Of a stretch of 64,000 nt of DNA, positions 19,244 through 30,316 are shown one piece after another. Numbering within the stretch: position 1 is the first letter of the stretch; the number at the start of each line of letters is the position of its first letter. The notes under the pieces are model-generated. The model searched no databases and was not told the DNA's origin. It saw only the letters and a list, made by a program, of their open reading frames with translations. The translations under genes and the position numbers were made by a program. Source of the DNA: an uncultured Lawsonia sp. (GTDB lineage: Bacteria > Desulfobacterota > Desulfovibrionia > Desulfovibrionales > Desulfovibrionaceae); NCBI GenBank assembly GCA_964538355.1, contig CAZIFC010000007.1, positions 5,924 through 69,923 of the forward strand, written 5' to 3'.

Positions 19244-20704
19244 ATGTCCAAAATTTTGAGCAAAGGCCTGACCTTCGATGACGTGTTGTTGGTGCCCGCC
19301 TATTCTGAAGTCACGCCGGATCTGGTGGACGTGACCGCGTGGCTCACCCCGTCCATCTCTCTCAATATTCCTTTGGTTTCCGCAGCGATGGATACCGTTA
19401 CAGAGTCCGCAATGGCCATCTCCATGGCCCGCGCCGGCGGTATCGGCATCGTGCACAAGAACATGAGTATTGAGCGGCAGAAGCTGGAAATCGAGAAGGT
19501 CAAGAAGTCTGAAAGCGGCATGATCATCGACCCCATCACCGTGGAGCCGGAGGACACCGTCGAGCGCGCGCTTGATCTCATGCACGCCTACCGCGTGTCC
19601 GGCCTCCCCGTTGTGCGGGAAAAGAAGCTGGTCGGTATCCTGACCAACCGCGACGTGCGCTTTGTCGAAGATCTCGCCGGAACCAAGGTTCGCGACGTGA
19701 TGACCAGCGAACACCTCATCACCGTGCCTACCGGGACAACCCTTGAAGAAGCCAAGCACCACCTCCACGCTCACCGCATCGAGAAGCTGCTTGTGGTCGA
19801 CGAGCAGGGCCAGCTTGCCGGCCTGCTCACCATGAAGGACATCGACAAGGTCCAGAAGTACCCCAACGCCTGCAAGGACAGCAAGGGCCGCCTGCGTGTC
19901 GGTGCCGCCATCGGCGTTGGTTCTGAAGGCGAAAAGCGCGCCGCCGCGCTCATCGCCGCCGGCGTGGACGTGCTCGTGCTGGACTCCGCGCATGGCCATT
20001 CCAAGAACATTCTGAACGCCGTTTCCGCCATCAAGGGCTCTTTCCCCGACTGCCAGCTGATCGCCGGCAACGTGGCGACCTATGAAGGCGCGCGTGCCAT
20101 GCTGAAGGCTGGCGCGGATGCCGTGAAGGTCGGCATCGGGCCAGGCTCCATCTGCACCACCCGCGTGGTCGCCGGTGTGGGCGTGCCGCAGGTTACCGCC
20201 ATCATGGAATGCTCCCGCGCCGCCCGTGAAATGGATCGCTGCTGCATTGGCGACGGCGGCATCAAGTTCTCCGGCGACGTGGTCAAGGGCCTCTCCGCCG
20301 GTGCGAACTGCATCATGATCGGCAGCCTGCTCGCCGGAACCGAGGAAAGCCCGGGGGAAACCATCCTCTATCAGGGCCGTACCTACAAGATCTACCGCGG
20401 CATGGGTTCCATCGACGCCATGAAGGAAGGCAGCTCCGACCGTTATTTCCAGCAGAAGAGCAAAAAGCTCGTGCCCGAAGGCATTGTGGGCCGCGTGCCC
20501 TTCCGTGGCCCCGCCAGCGAAACCATCTACCAGCTTGTGGGCGGTGTCCGCTCCGGCATGGGCTATTGCGGCGCGGCGACCGTTCAGGAACTCTTCGAAA
20601 AATCCCAGATGGTGGAGATCTCCGCTGCGGGCCTGCGCGAAAGCCATGTCCACGACGTCATCATCACCAAGGAAGCTCCCAACTACCGCGTGGACAACGC
20701 CTAG
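19244..20704 (+). CDS. guaB: IMP dehydrogenase
   Basis: [12 protein letters not shown] pair, catalytic [11 protein letters not shown]. Confidence 0.98.
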   Translation: MSKILSKGLTFDDVLLVPAYSEVTPDLVDVTAWLTPSISLNIPLVSAAMDTVTESAMAISMARAGGIGIVHKNMSIERQKLEIEKVKKSESGMIIDPITVEPEDTVERALDLMHAYRVSGLPVVREKKLVGILTNRDVRFVEDLAGTKVRDVMTSEHLITVPTGTTLEEAKHHLHAHRIEKLLVVDEQGQLAGLLTMKDIDKVQKYPNACKDSKGRLRVGAAIGVGSEGEKRAAALIAAGVDVLVLDSAHGHSKNILNAVSAIKGSFPDCQLIAGNVATYEGARAMLKAGADAVKVGIGPGSICTTRVVAGVGVPQVTAIMECSRAAREMDRCCIGDGGIKFSGDVVKGLSAGANCIMIGSLLAGTEESPGETILYQGRTYKIYRGMGSIDAMKEGSSDRYFQQKSKKLVPEGIVGRVPFRGPASETIYQLVGGVRSGMGYCGAATVQELFEKSQMVEISAAGLRESHVHDVIITKEAPNYRVDNA

Positions 20705-20820
20705 TTCCCCCTTTGGCGGGGAGGGTTCCCTCCCCGTACCGTTTCCCCGTGTTCCGGGGAATCTCATTGACGGATGAAGTGCTTTGAGACAACGCTGCCT
20801 CTTGAACAAAAGGACATGTG

Positions 20821-22362
20821 ATGCCCAGTAAAGTTATTATTATAGACTACGGTTCCCAGGTTACCCAGCTTATTGCCCGCCGGGTGCGCGAAGCCGGCGT
20901 CTATTCCGAAATCCATCCCTGCATCGTGACCGCCGAACAGGTGCGGGCCATGCAGCCTTCCGCAATCATTCTTTCCGGCGGCCCCGCCAGCGTGGGCGAA
21001 GCCGATGCTCCCGCGCTGGACAAGGGCTTCCTTGATCTTGGCGTTCCGGTGCTCGGCATCTGCTACGGTATGCAGCTGCTGGCCTTCAACCTCGGCGGCG
21101 GGCTGGAACAGTCCGAAGTCCGCGAATATGGCCCGGCGGATCTGAAGTTCGTGCGTTCCTGCGCCCTGTGGGACGGCATCGATCTGACCAAGCCCTCCCG
21201 TGTGTGGATGTCCCACGGCGACACCGTGAAGACCCCCCCGGCGGGGTTTGTGGTCACCGGCAGCACGGATAATCTGGAAGTCGCGGCTATGGCCGACGAA
21301 GCCCGCAAGATCTACGCCGTACAGTTCCATCCCGAAGTGCACCACTCCGTGGACGGAACCACCATGCTCCGCAACTTCCTCTTCAAGATTGCCAAGATCA
21401 CGCCGGACTGGACCATGTCCTCCTTTGTGGAGCGCGTGATCAAGGACGTGCGGGAAACCGTGGGTGACGGGCATGTGGTCTGCGCCCTTTCCGGCGGCGT
21501 GGACTCCACCGTGGTGGCGGTGCTGCTGCACAAGGCCATCGGCAAGAACCTCCACTGCATTTTCGTTGACAACGGCGTGCTGCGCTCCGGCGAAGGCGAC
21601 GAGGTGGTCAACTACCTGCGCGAGCACTTCGATCTGAACCTCAAGCTGGTCAACGCGCAGGATCGCTTCCTTGATCAGTTTGTCGGCGTCGAAGATCCCG
21701 AACAGAAGCGCAAGATCATCGGGCATACCTTCATTGACGTGTTCGATGAAGAGGCCCGCGCCATCGGCAATGTCGAATGGCTGGCCCAGGGCACGCTGTA
21801 TCCCGACGTTATCGAGTCCGTATCCCACAAGGGGCCGAGCGCGGTCATCAAGAGCCACCACAATGTGGGCGGCCTGCCGGAAAAGATGAACATGAAGCTC
21901 ATCGAACCGTTGCGCGAACTCTTCAAGGACGAAGTGCGTCAGGTCGGCGCGGAACTGGGCATGCCCGAATCCGTGATCTGGCGTCAGCCGTTCCCCGGAC
22001 CCGGCCTTGCCATCCGCGTGATCGGCGAAGTGACCCGGGAGCGTCTGGATATCCTCCGCAAGGCCGATGTCATCGTGCAGCAGGAACTGCGCGAAGCCGG
22101 CTGGTACCGCAAGATCTGGCAGGGCTTCGCCGTGCTTCTCCCGCTGAAGACGGTGGGCGTCATGGGCGACGGCCGCACCTACGAGCATGTCATCGCCCTG
22201 CGCTGCGTGGACAGCGTGGACGCCATGACCGCTGACTGGGCGCGCCTGCCCTATGATCTGCTGGAACGGATTTCCAGAAGAATTATTAACGAAGTCAAGG
22301 GTGTAAACCGCGTGGTGTACGACGTTTCGTCGAAGCCTCCGAGCACCATTGAATGGGAATAG
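20821..22362 (+). CDS. guaA: GMP synthase (glutamine-hydrolysing)
   Basis: DYGSQ, GICYG, QFHPEV, SGGVDS and C-terminal [10 protein letters not shown]. Confidence 0.98.
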   Translation: MPSKVIIIDYGSQVTQLIARRVREAGVYSEIHPCIVTAEQVRAMQPSAIILSGGPASVGEADAPALDKGFLDLGVPVLGICYGMQLLAFNLGGGLEQSEVREYGPADLKFVRSCALWDGIDLTKPSRVWMSHGDTVKTPPAGFVVTGSTDNLEVAAMADEARKIYAVQFHPEVHHSVDGTTMLRNFLFKIAKITPDWTMSSFVERVIKDVRETVGDGHVVCALSGGVDSTVVAVLLHKAIGKNLHCIFVDNGVLRSGEGDEVVNYLREHFDLNLKLVNAQDRFLDQFVGVEDPEQKRKIIGHTFIDVFDEEARAIGNVEWLAQGTLYPDVIESVSHKGPSAVIKSHHNVGGLPEKMNMKLIEPLRELFKDEVRQVGAELGMPESVIWRQPFPGPGLAIRVIGEVTRERLDILRKADVIVQQELREAGWYRKIWQGFAVLLPLKTVGVMGDGRTYEHVIALRCVDSVDAMTADWARLPYDLLERISRRIINEVKGVNRVVYDVSSKPPSTIEWE

Positions 22363-22374
22363 CGAGGAACTGTC

Positions 22375-22713
22375 ATGTTTGGTATTGGCGGTACAGAGCT
22401 GTTGGTGATTCTCGTCGTGGCCCTGATTGTCCTTGGTCCCAAGAGTGTTCCGCAGATTGCGAAGACGCTTGGCAGGGCTATGGGCGAATTCCGTAAGGTT
22501 TCTACGGAATTCCAGCGGACTTTGAATACGGAAATCGAGCTTGAGGAGCACGAAAAGCGCAAGCAGGAAGCGGAAAAGGAACTGTTCGGAACCGAGCAGA
22601 AGCCTGCCGCGGCTGCGAAGCCCTCGGAAACGGTTTCGCCTGCCGAAAAAACGGTCGTTGCGACTCCGGCAGCCCCCCAGACTGAAAAGCCTTCCGCAAA
22701 GGGTCAGGCATGA
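22375..22713 (+). CDS. tatB: twin-arginine translocase TatA/TatB subunit
   Basis: MFGIGGTELLVILVVALIVLGP followed by an amphipathic helix; directly upstream of tatC. Confidence 0.8.
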   Translation: MFGIGGTELLVILVVALIVLGPKSVPQIAKTLGRAMGEFRKVSTEFQRTLNTEIELEEHEKRKQEAEKELFGTEQKPAAAAKPSETVSPAEKTVVATPAAPQTEKPSAKGQA

Positions 22714-23879
22714 CAGAGCATGAAGCAAAGCCTTCCGCCGCGCCTTCCGGTGCGGCGGAAGAAGTGGAAATCTTGCTGGATTCCCCGATAGAGGAATCCA
22801 AGGATGTGCCCGGGGCGGATGACGCTCCGGGCGTCTCCGGTTCCGGGGCGGTCGAAGAGGCTGCCGTATCGGGCGGGCCTTCCTCTGCCGGAGATGCCGC
22901 CGTGGTTGCGTCCGCGGAAGCGGACTCCGCTGTGGCGGCAGGGCCGGAGGGTTCATCCCCTGCCGATGGGGAGCACCCGGAATCTGCGGAGTCTGCGGAA
23001 GTAGCGGAACCCGCCGAAGGCGCGTCGTCGCCGTGGCCTCGGGAGGATCTGCCCGTTGCCGCGTCCGGCGGCGAACCGCCAGCCCCCGTGGACCCGCCCG
23101 CCGAAAAGGAAGAGGAACCCGAGGAAGAAGCTCCCATGACGCTTCTGGAACATCTCGGGGAGCTTCGCAAGCGGCTCGTGCGGGGATTCCTTGCCGTGCT
23201 GGTGGGCTTTTTTGCCTGCTACGGCTTTGCCCAGCAGCTTTTTTACTACCTGTCGCTGCCGCTCCTGAAGGTCATGCCCGCCGACTCCAAGTTCATCTAT
23301 ACGGGGGTTGCGGAAGGCTTTTTTGTAGACCTGAAGGTTTCCTTTGTGGCGGGGCTTTTTGTGGCATGCCCGTTCCTGTTCTATCAGATCTGGGCGTTCA
23401 TTGCGCCGGGGCTGTATGAAGAGGAAAAGCGGTATGTCATGCCTCTGGCCCTGCTTTCGGCGGCGTTTTTCCTGCTTGGCGGGGTGTTCTGCTATTTCGG
23501 CGTATTCCCCTTCGCCTTCGAATTTTTCATGAGCTATTCGACCGGCAACATCGTGGCGATGCTGTCGATCAACGAATATCTGAGCTTCGCGCTCAAGATG
23601 ATGCTTGCCTTCGGGCTGGTGTTCGAGATGCCCCTGTTCAGCTTTTTCCTGTCGCGCATGGGCATCATTACCGCGCAGAAAATGCGGGATGTCCGCAAGT
23701 ACGCGGTGTTGGCAGTCTTTGTCATTGCGGCTATTCTGACGCCGCCGGATGTCTTCTCCCAGCTTATGATGGCTGGCCCCATGCTGATCCTGTATGAAAT
23801 CAGCATCGGCGTCGCCGCGCTGGTGGGCAAGAAAAAGATGCAGAAGGCAGAAGCGGAAAAGGGACAGGAGAACGCATGA
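22710..23879 (+). CDS. tatC: twin-arginine translocase TatC with long acidic N-terminal extension
   Basis: [18 protein letters not shown]-like FEMP, ILTPPD motifs. Confidence 0.93.
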   Translation: MTEHEAKPSAAPSGAAEEVEILLDSPIEESKDVPGADDAPGVSGSGAVEEAAVSGGPSSAGDAAVVASAEADSAVAAGPEGSSPADGEHPESAESAEVAEPAEGASSPWPREDLPVAASGGEPPAPVDPPAEKEEEPEEEAPMTLLEHLGELRKRLVRGFLAVLVGFFACYGFAQQLFYYLSLPLLKVMPADSKFIYTGVAEGFFVDLKVSFVAGLFVACPFLFYQIWAFIAPGLYEEEKRYVMPLALLSAAFFLLGGVFCYFGVFPFAFEFFMSYSTGNIVAMLSINEYLSFALKMMLAFGLVFEMPLFSFFLSRMGIITAQKMRDVRKYAVLAVFVIAAILTPPDVFSQLMMAGPMLILYEISIGVAALVGKKKMQKAEAEKGQENA

Positions 23880-24463
23880 ACCGGATCGGACATATCGCCA
23901 GAACGACCTCGGAAACCGACATCGACCTGACTCTTTGTCTTGAAGGCGGTGGAAACATTGCCGTAAAGACAGGCTTCGGCTTGCTGGACCACATGCTCAC
24001 GCTGACGGCTTTTTGGGCGGGGTTTGATCTTTCCCTGTCCTGCAAGGGTGATCTGCACATCGACGCGCACCATTCCGCCGAGGATATCGCGTTGTGCCTC
24101 GGGCAGGCCCTGGCGCAGGCCGTCGGTGACCGGAAAGGCATTGCGCGGGTCGGTTTCGCCCGCGTGCCGATGGATGAGGCTCTGGCGGAAGTCACGCTCG
24201 ACATTTCCGGGCGTCCGTGGCTGGAGTGGCGGGGTGACGAGCTTTTGCCCCCTGTCCTTGCCGGTGAAGAGCGCGATCTCTGGCGTGAGTTTTACAAGAG
24301 CTTTGCCGCCGCCGCCCGCATGAACGTGCATGTGGCTTTTCTGTATGGCCGGAACGGGCATCACTTGCTGGAATCCGCGGCCAAGGGGCTGGGGCTTGCC
24401 CTGGCACAGGCCGTTTCGCTCACAGGTAACGTGGTGCGGAGCACCAAAGGGAGTCTGGACTGA
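23876..24463 (+). CDS. hisB: imidazoleglycerol-phosphate dehydratase
   Basis: [27 protein letters not shown] motifs. Confidence 0.95.
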   Translation: MNRIGHIARTTSETDIDLTLCLEGGGNIAVKTGFGLLDHMLTLTAFWAGFDLSLSCKGDLHIDAHHSAEDIALCLGQALAQAVGDRKGIARVGFARVPMDEALAEVTLDISGRPWLEWRGDELLPPVLAGEERDLWREFYKSFAAAARMNVHVAFLYGRNGHHLLESAAKGLGLALAQAVSLTGNVVRSTKGSLD

Positions 24464-25104
24464 TGCGCGGACTGACTCGTCGTTTGTTCTGTCTGGCGGT
24501 TTTGGCCGTTTCGTTGGGCTTGTTTGCCGGTTGCCAGAAGTCGGCTCCGAATATCGTGCCGGATCTTCCCGCGTTGAAGATCGGCGTCGTGGGAGCCGTC
24601 CAGCCTATGGGGACAACGGACCTGCTGGCCGGCTTCATCCCCGAGGATCGGGTGCTGGCTTCCGACAAGGCCATCACGGAGCTGAATGAAAACCTGATGA
24701 AGCAGCTCAAGGCCGAAACGCGCCGTTCCTATGTGTTTATTCCGAGCGTGTCGGGAGCCGATCCCCGCGCCCGCAGCGGTGCGTTGGCGTATTGGACCAA
24801 GGTGGGCAAGGACATGGGCGTGGATCTGCTCATTGTTCCGCAAGTCCTCGACTGGCACGAGCGGGCGGGCAGTGCGGCTGGCGTGACGACCTCCGCTGCG
24901 GTGAATATGGATTATTATCTGATTGACGTGCGCGAGGCGGACGGTGCGCTGGTGTCCCGGTCGCACTTCAAGGAAAAGCAGATCGGCCTGAGCGACAACC
25001 TGATGAATTTTGACACGTTCCTGAAGCGTGGAGCCAAGTGGCTTACGGCTCAGGAGCTTGCGGCGGAAGGCATCCAGAAGATGATCAAGGAGTTTGGCTT
25101 ATGA
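24463..25104 (+). CDS. lipoprotein of unknown function
   Basis: Lipobox LFAG-C after a basic/hydrophobic leader; translationally coupled to hisB and hisA. Confidence 0.75.
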   Translation: MRGLTRRLFCLAVLAVSLGLFAGCQKSAPNIVPDLPALKIGVVGAVQPMGTTDLLAGFIPEDRVLASDKAITELNENLMKQLKAETRRSYVFIPSVSGADPRARSGALAYWTKVGKDMGVDLLIVPQVLDWHERAGSAAGVTTSAAVNMDYYLIDVREADGALVSRSHFKEKQIGLSDNLMNFDTFLKRGAKWLTAQELAAEGIQKMIKEFGL

Positions 25105-25838
25105 TTTTGTTTCCCGCGGTAGACATTCAGGGCGGGCAGGCCGTGCGCCTCAGAAAGGGGCGTGCCGAAGACTCCACGGTTTTTTCTGATGATCCGGTGG
25201 CGGCTGCGCTGAAATGGCAGGAACAGGGTGCGAAGTTTCTCCACCTTGTGGATCTGGATGGTGCGTTTCAGGGCGTTTCGCCGAATACGGATTTGGTGAG
25301 CCGGATTTGTTCCGCCCTGTCCATCCCCGTGCAGCTTGGCGGGGGTATCCGGGACGAGGAAACCGCCCATCGCTGGCTTGATGCCGGTGTGACCCGCCTG
25401 ATCATCGGTACGCTGGCGTTGGAAGATCCGAAGAGGTTCGCGGCGTTGTGCCATGCCTGCCCCGGCCGGATCGGGGTTTCGCTCGATGCCGAAAACGGAC
25501 GCCTCAAGACGCGCGGCTGGGTGGGCGATACGCCGTACACGGTGGATGATGTCGTTCCCCGTCTGGCCGACGACGGCGCGGCGTTCCTTGTGTATACCGA
25601 TATCGAGCGCGACGGGATGCAGACGGGCGTGAATGTGCCCGCGCTGACGCATCTGGCCCAGACCAGTGCCGTGCCGGTCATCGCCGCGGGCGGCGTTGCC
25701 ACGCTGGATGACGTGAAGGCGTTGTATCCCCTGTCCGTATCCGCGAACCTCGAAGGCGCGATCAGCGGTCGGGCCATTTATGAAGGCACGCTGGATCTCC
25801 GCGAGGCGATGGACTGGATCGCCGCGCAGGGGAAATAG
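25101..25838 (+). CDS. hisA: ProFAR isomerase
   Basis: [40 protein letters not shown]. Confidence 0.95.
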   Translation: MILFPAVDIQGGQAVRLRKGRAEDSTVFSDDPVAAALKWQEQGAKFLHLVDLDGAFQGVSPNTDLVSRICSALSIPVQLGGGIRDEETAHRWLDAGVTRLIIGTLALEDPKRFAALCHACPGRIGVSLDAENGRLKTRGWVGDTPYTVDDVVPRLADDGAAFLVYTDIERDGMQTGVNVPALTHLAQTSAVPVIAAGGVATLDDVKALYPLSVSANLEGAISGRAIYEGTLDLREAMDWIAAQGK

Positions 25839-25852
25839 GGAAACGATTTGCG

Positions 25853-25894
25853 GGGAAAGGGAACACCTTTCTGGAGCGAGGTGCTCCCTTTCCC
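25853..25894. repeat. REP-like purine/pyrimidine hairpin
   Basis: GGGAAAGGGAACACCT / AGGTGCTCCCTTTCCC inverted repeat just after hisA. Confidence 0.55.
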
Positions 25895-25990
25895 AGGCTC
25901 TCCCTCCTCTTCCAAAGGCGTTCGTGCTTGTCGAATCCCTGTTCGGCGTTCGGGGAACGCATGAAAAATCGGAAGAGCGGGAAAAAAGTG

Positions 25991-26019
25991 TTGACTTCGG
26001 CAATGGGGTCTTGTAGAAG
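25991..26019 (+). promoter_or_regulatory. sigma70 promoter for tRNA-Ala
   Basis: TTGACT-17 nt-TAGAAG with a TG extension. Confidence 0.5.
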
Positions 26020-26032
26020 ATTCCTCACGCAT

Positions 26033-26108
<76 letters not shown>

Positions 26109-26114
26109 GATTTT

Positions 26115-26149
26115 GAAGGGTTCGTAGCAATACGGACCCTTCCTTTTTT
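26115..26149 (+). terminator. intrinsic terminator after tRNA-Ala
   Basis: GAAGGGTTCGTA-GCAA-TACGGACCCTTC plus T run. Confidence 0.85.
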
Positions 26150-26263
26150 GTGCGCTTTCCGGTGCGGAGGCGGGGAGGATTCCCTTGCCTCAGGGCTGCG
26201 GAATGTGCGGCTATAGGAAAAACGCCCGAACGGAAGGTTCGGGCGTTTTCTGTTTGTGGGGCC

Positions 26264-27118
26264 TCAGGACGAGTTCCCGAATGGTTGGACGCGCAGGTGG
26301 CAGCCTCCGCGTCCGGTGCGGGCTGCAAAATCCTGATGATACGCCTCGGCAGGGTAGAAAGCCGCGGCGGGGAGCAGTTCGGTTGCCACGGCATAGCCGC
26401 GTGCCCTGAGCTGTTCCATCAGGGAAAGAGCCGTTTGTTTCTGCTCCTCGTTTACATAGAAAATGGCGGAGCGGTATTGCGGGCCGATATCCGGGCCTTG
26501 CCTGTCGATTTGGGCGGGATCGTGGATCTCGAAGAACAGCCGGGCCAGCGTCTCGTAGGAAACCTGTGCCGGATCGAAGCGTACGCGGACGGTTTCCGCG
26601 TGGCCTGTGCGTCCCGTGCAGACCTGCTCGTAGGTCGGATTGGGAACCGTGCCGCCGGCATAGCCGGATTCGGCATCGCAGACCCCGGGAACGGACTGGA
26701 AGGCATCCTCCACCCCCCAGAAGCAGCCGCCTGAAAAAAAGGCCTCTTCCGTGCAGGATTGCGGCTTTTCGGGCGTAAATTCCAGAGACAGGGAGTTGAC
26801 GCAATGCCGGGTGTTCTTGGAGGTAAAGCCTTCGCCTTCAAAAACGTGTCCGAGGTGCCCGCCGCAGGAGGCGCAGACGATTTCCATGCGCTGCCCGTCA
26901 GGATCGGGACGCCGGATGACGGCTCCGGGGATGGCCTCGTCGAAGGAGGGCCAGCCGCAGCCGGAATCGAATTTGTCTTGGGAGTGGTACAGGGCCGCCC
27001 CGCAGCGTCGGCAGGCATAGGTTCCGTCGGCCTTGTGGTTCCAGTAGCGGCCGCTGAACGGGGGTTCCGTCGCACCGTGGGCAATGACTTGTTCTTCATT
27101 GTGGGTCAAGGGTCGCAT
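26264..27118 (-). CDS. msrAB: bifunctional methionine sulfoxide reductase, MsrB-MsrA fusion
   Basis: MsrB motifs GCGWPSF and RHCVNS with two CxxC; then MsrA GGCFWG and AEAYHQ. Confidence 0.93.
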   Translation of the reverse strand: MRPLTHNEEQVIAHGATEPPFSGRYWNHKADGTYACRRCGAALYHSQDKFDSGCGWPSFDEAIPGAVIRRPDPDGQRMEIVCASCGGHLGHVFEGEGFTSKNTRHCVNSLSLEFTPEKPQSCTEEAFFSGGCFWGVEDAFQSVPGVCDAESGYAGGTVPNPTYEQVCTGRTGHAETVRVRFDPAQVSYETLARLFFEIHDPAQIDRQGPDIGPQYRSAIFYVNEEQKQTALSLMEQLRARGYAVATELLPAAAFYPAEAYHQDFAARTGRGGCHLRVQPFGNSS

Positions 27119-27408
27119 GATGCCTCCTTGAATGCGTCGTATGCCAGAGAGGTATGTCTTTTTGTAAAAATGGCAATGAGCGGATGGCGGGAAAGGCCGG
27201 GTGCGGAAAGCAGGAAGCCAATCATGCATTGCGGTTTGTAATGAATGATTGCATCCTGCACGGAGATGCCCGGGCGGGGGAATGGCAGTGGTGTGGGATC
27301 ATGCGTTTTTTGCCCTGGCATGGCGTTTGAAAGGTTTTTCCGGTTTTGTGCCGGACGGGTGCGGTGTTCTGGGAGCAGGAACGGAAAAACGTTTTGAAAG
27401 GTGATCCT

Positions 27409-28536
27409 ATGGATGGTTTTGCGGAGCTGATCGAGCGCAAGCGGCAGGGTTCGCTCAAGGTGTATTTGGGATACGCGGCGGGGGTCGGCAAGACCTACGC
27501 CATGCTGCAGGAAGGGATACGGCTCAGGCAGCAGCATGTGGACGTGGCAATCGGCTACCTTGAGCCGCATGCCCGCCCGGAAACGCAGGCCCTTGGGGAA
27601 GAGCTGGAAACGATTCCGCCCCGGGAGTGGCGGGTGGGGGACGCCGTATTCCGGGAGATGGACGTGGAGGCCATCCTTGCCCGCAGGCCGCAGGTGGCTC
27701 TGGTGGACGAGCTGGCGCATACCAATGCCGACGGTTCGCCCAACGCCAAGAGATATGCTGATGTGCTGGAGATTCTGGCGCAGGGTGTCAATGTCATTTC
27801 CACGCTCAACGTCCAGCATCTGGAATCGGTGGCGGCACGGGTAGAGGACGCGACCGGCATTGCCGTCAGGGAGCGGATTCCCGATGCGGTGCTGCGCCGG
27901 GCCGATCAGGTGGTCAACGTGGACGTGACCAAGGAAGAGTTGCGGGAGCGTCTGCGGCAGGGGAAGATTTATGCTCCCGAGCAGGCGGAGCGGGCGTTAT
28001 CGGCCTTTTTTACCTATGAAAACCTGTCGTTTTTGCGTGAATTGTGCCTGCGCGAGGCTTCGGGCGATCAGGTCCGCAAGATTGAGGCGCAGGAGCTTCT
28101 CCGCCCCGCGCTGGCGGGCTGTGCGGTGGAGGCCGTCATGGTGGCCCTAAGCTCCGTGCCCACGGATGCCGAGGCCTTGGTCCGCCGAGGCGTGCGGATG
28201 GCGAACCAGCTCGGGTCGCCCTGCTATGTGGTGTATGTCCGCAGGCCTCAGGAAAGCCCTACCCGCATCGATGCCGGAATCCAGCGGCTGCTTCAGAACA
28301 ATTTGCAGCTCGCCACCCGGCTTGGCGCGGAGGTCGTGCAGCTTGAGGGGGTGGATATTGCCGAGACGCTGGTCAATTTTGCCAGCGAGCGCAACGTCCG
28401 CCATGCCATTTTCGGAAAATCCCGGCTGACGCCCCTGCGGGAGCGGATCCGCGGTTCGTTTCTGCTGGATTTCCTGTATGAGGCCGTGGGCGTTGACGTC
28501 CATGTCGCCAACGTCACTCCCAAGCACATGAAGTGA
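27409..28536 (+). CDS. kdpD: stand-alone KdpD N-terminal sensor domain plus Usp domain
   Basis: LKVYLGYAAGVGKTYAML, LVDELAHTN, STLNVQHLES; no TM or kinase domain. Confidence 0.87.
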   Translation: MDGFAELIERKRQGSLKVYLGYAAGVGKTYAMLQEGIRLRQQHVDVAIGYLEPHARPETQALGEELETIPPREWRVGDAVFREMDVEAILARRPQVALVDELAHTNADGSPNAKRYADVLEILAQGVNVISTLNVQHLESVAARVEDATGIAVRERIPDAVLRRADQVVNVDVTKEELRERLRQGKIYAPEQAERALSAFFTYENLSFLRELCLREASGDQVRKIEAQELLRPALAGCAVEAVMVALSSVPTDAEALVRRGVRMANQLGSPCYVVYVRRPQESPTRIDAGIQRLLQNNLQLATRLGAEVVQLEGVDIAETLVNFASERNVRHAIFGKSRLTPLRERIRGSFLLDFLYEAVGVDVHVANVTPKHMK

Positions 28537-28543
28537 GCCTGCC

Positions 28544-30316
28544 ATGATTGTTCTGCCTACCATGCACAAGGGAATACGGCGTTCCTTTTTGCGTCTTGTG
28601 TTGCTGTTCGGTGCGCTTGGCCTGCTGCTGGTTGCCGGGATTACGGTTGCATGGCGCGTGCCTGCGGAGCTTATCCGCATGAATTATGATTCCATTTCCT
28701 ACGCGCAGACGATGTATCAGGCCATGAACGGCATCCGCTTTCCCGATCTGTATCCCGAGAACAGCGTTTCCGGCTGGGCCGGGCTGTTTTCCGATGCCGT
28801 GGAACGCGCCGAGGCCAACGTGAGCGAAACGGCCGAGCGCGGCATCGTCGCGGATCTGCGGACCGCGTGGGAGGCATACCGGGACACCCCGGACAACGCG
28901 CACTACCGGACGCTGGAAAAACAGATTCAGGAGCTGGTGCGGGTCAATGAGCGGGGCATGTTCCACCGGCTCGATCGGAACACCCGGTTTCGGAACATCA
29001 TGCTGGCGGTGACGGCGGCGGCGTTTGTTCTGGGGACGTTCTGGGCTTTTTTGATGGCGGACAGCGTGGCGCAGCGTCTGGCGCATCCGCTCAGGAGGGC
29101 GGCGGAGCTGTTCCGCGACCGTCCGCAGCTTGGGGGGAGCCTGCACCTGCCGGAACCGCAGACGCTGGAAGTCCGGCTGCTGTTCGACGAGCTGTCGCGG
29201 CTGTGGGAACGCCTTGGCGAGCTGGATGCCCTGAATGTCCACAAGCTGGTGGCGGAGAAAAGGAAGCTGGAGATCATCCTTGAGTCTGTGGAGGATGGGG
29301 TGCTGGTTTTGGATGCCTCTGGACTGGTGGCTCTGGTCAGCCTCAGGATGATCGGCTTTTTGGGCCTGGAGCCTTCGGAGGTGCAGGGCAGGCCCTGGAA
29401 TGACCTGTCTACCCTGTCGCCCAACTACATGGCCCTGCGGGAGGGGCTTTCCGTGGATATGCAGGCCGTGCGGGAAATTGCCCTGCGCGTCGAGGGCGAG
29501 GAACGCCTGTATGCGGCCCGGAGGCGAGCCTTGATCAATGCCGAGGGCACGGAGACGGGGCAGGTCTTTTTGTTGAGCGACGTTACGGAACGGCGGCGGC
29601 GTGACGTGCTGCGTTCCGAAATGATGGACTGGATTTCCCACGAGCTGAAGACCCCCATGCAGTCCCTCGGGCTGGCGGCGGATCTCATGGCCCGGCGTTC
29701 CGGGCTGGATGAGGAAATGGCCATGCTGGTTGAAACCGTGGGGCAGGACGCCGCCCGCCTGCGTACCGTGGCCCGCCAGTTCATGGACATCGCCCGCATG
29801 AGTCCGGCCATGCTTCAGCTTGTTCCTGAAAATGTGCCCCTTGCGGACAGGGTGCGCGAGTGGCTGGCCCCGTTTCGTCTGGTGGCCCGGGAGTCCGGCG
29901 AACGGCTGGAGCTGGAGGTTCCCGAAACGCCGCTGATCGTGACCATAGACGCGGACCGTTTTGCGTGGGTGGTTTCGAATCTTGTCTCCAACGCGCTGCG
30001 GATGGGCAAGGCAGGCTCCACGGTTCGGGTTGTTCTCGCACGCGGGGCGGACGAGGCCGTCCTGCGGGTGGAGGACGACGGGCCGGGCATTGCTCCCGAG
30101 CTGGAAGAGCGGCTGTTCGAGCCGTTCTCGCACGGGCGCACTGCCGGAAGGCGGCTCGGGCTGGCGGGGCTGGGGTTGGCGATCACCCGGGACATCGTGG
30201 AGGCGCATGGCGGGGTGATCCAGTATGCCCGCCGCGCGGGAGGCGGATCGATTTTTACCGTGTTGCTGCCGCTGGCGAAGGAGGAAACGCACCATGCTGC
30301 ACGTTCTGGTTGCTGA
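28544..30316 (+). CDS. membrane sensor histidine kinase (periplasmic, HAMP, PAS, HisKA, HATPase)
   Basis: Two TM helices, H-box SHELKTP, N-box NLVSNA, G boxes DDGPGI and GLGLAI. Confidence 0.92.
   Translation: MIVLPTMHKGIRRSFLRLVLLFGALGLLLVAGITVAWRVPAELIRMNYDSISYAQTMYQAMNGIRFPDLYPENSVSGWAGLFSDAVERAEANVSETAERGIVADLRTAWEAYRDTPDNAHYRTLEKQIQELVRVNERGMFHRLDRNTRFRNIMLAVTAAAFVLGTFWAFLMADSVAQRLAHPLRRAAELFRDRPQLGGSLHLPEPQTLEVRLLFDELSRLWERLGELDALNVHKLVAEKRKLEIILESVEDGVLVLDASGLVALVSLRMIGFLGLEPSEVQGRPWNDLSTLSPNYMALREGLSVDMQAVREIALRVEGEERLYAARRRALINAEGTETGQVFLLSDVTERRRRDVLRSEMMDWISHELKTPMQSLGLAADLMARRSGLDEEMAMLVETVGQDAARLRTVARQFMDIARMSPAMLQLVPENVPLADRVREWLAPFRLVARESGERLELEVPETPLIVTIDADRFAWVVSNLVSNALRMGKAGSTVRVVLARGADEAVLRVEDDGPGIAPELEERLFEPFSHGRTAGRRLGLAGLGLAITRDIVEAHGGVIQYARRAGGGSIFTVLLPLAKEETHHAARSGC

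Noticed and set aside
26109-26264. tRNA-Ala as a second integration site
   Set aside because: It is followed by a terminator and msrAB, with no integrase or composition shift.
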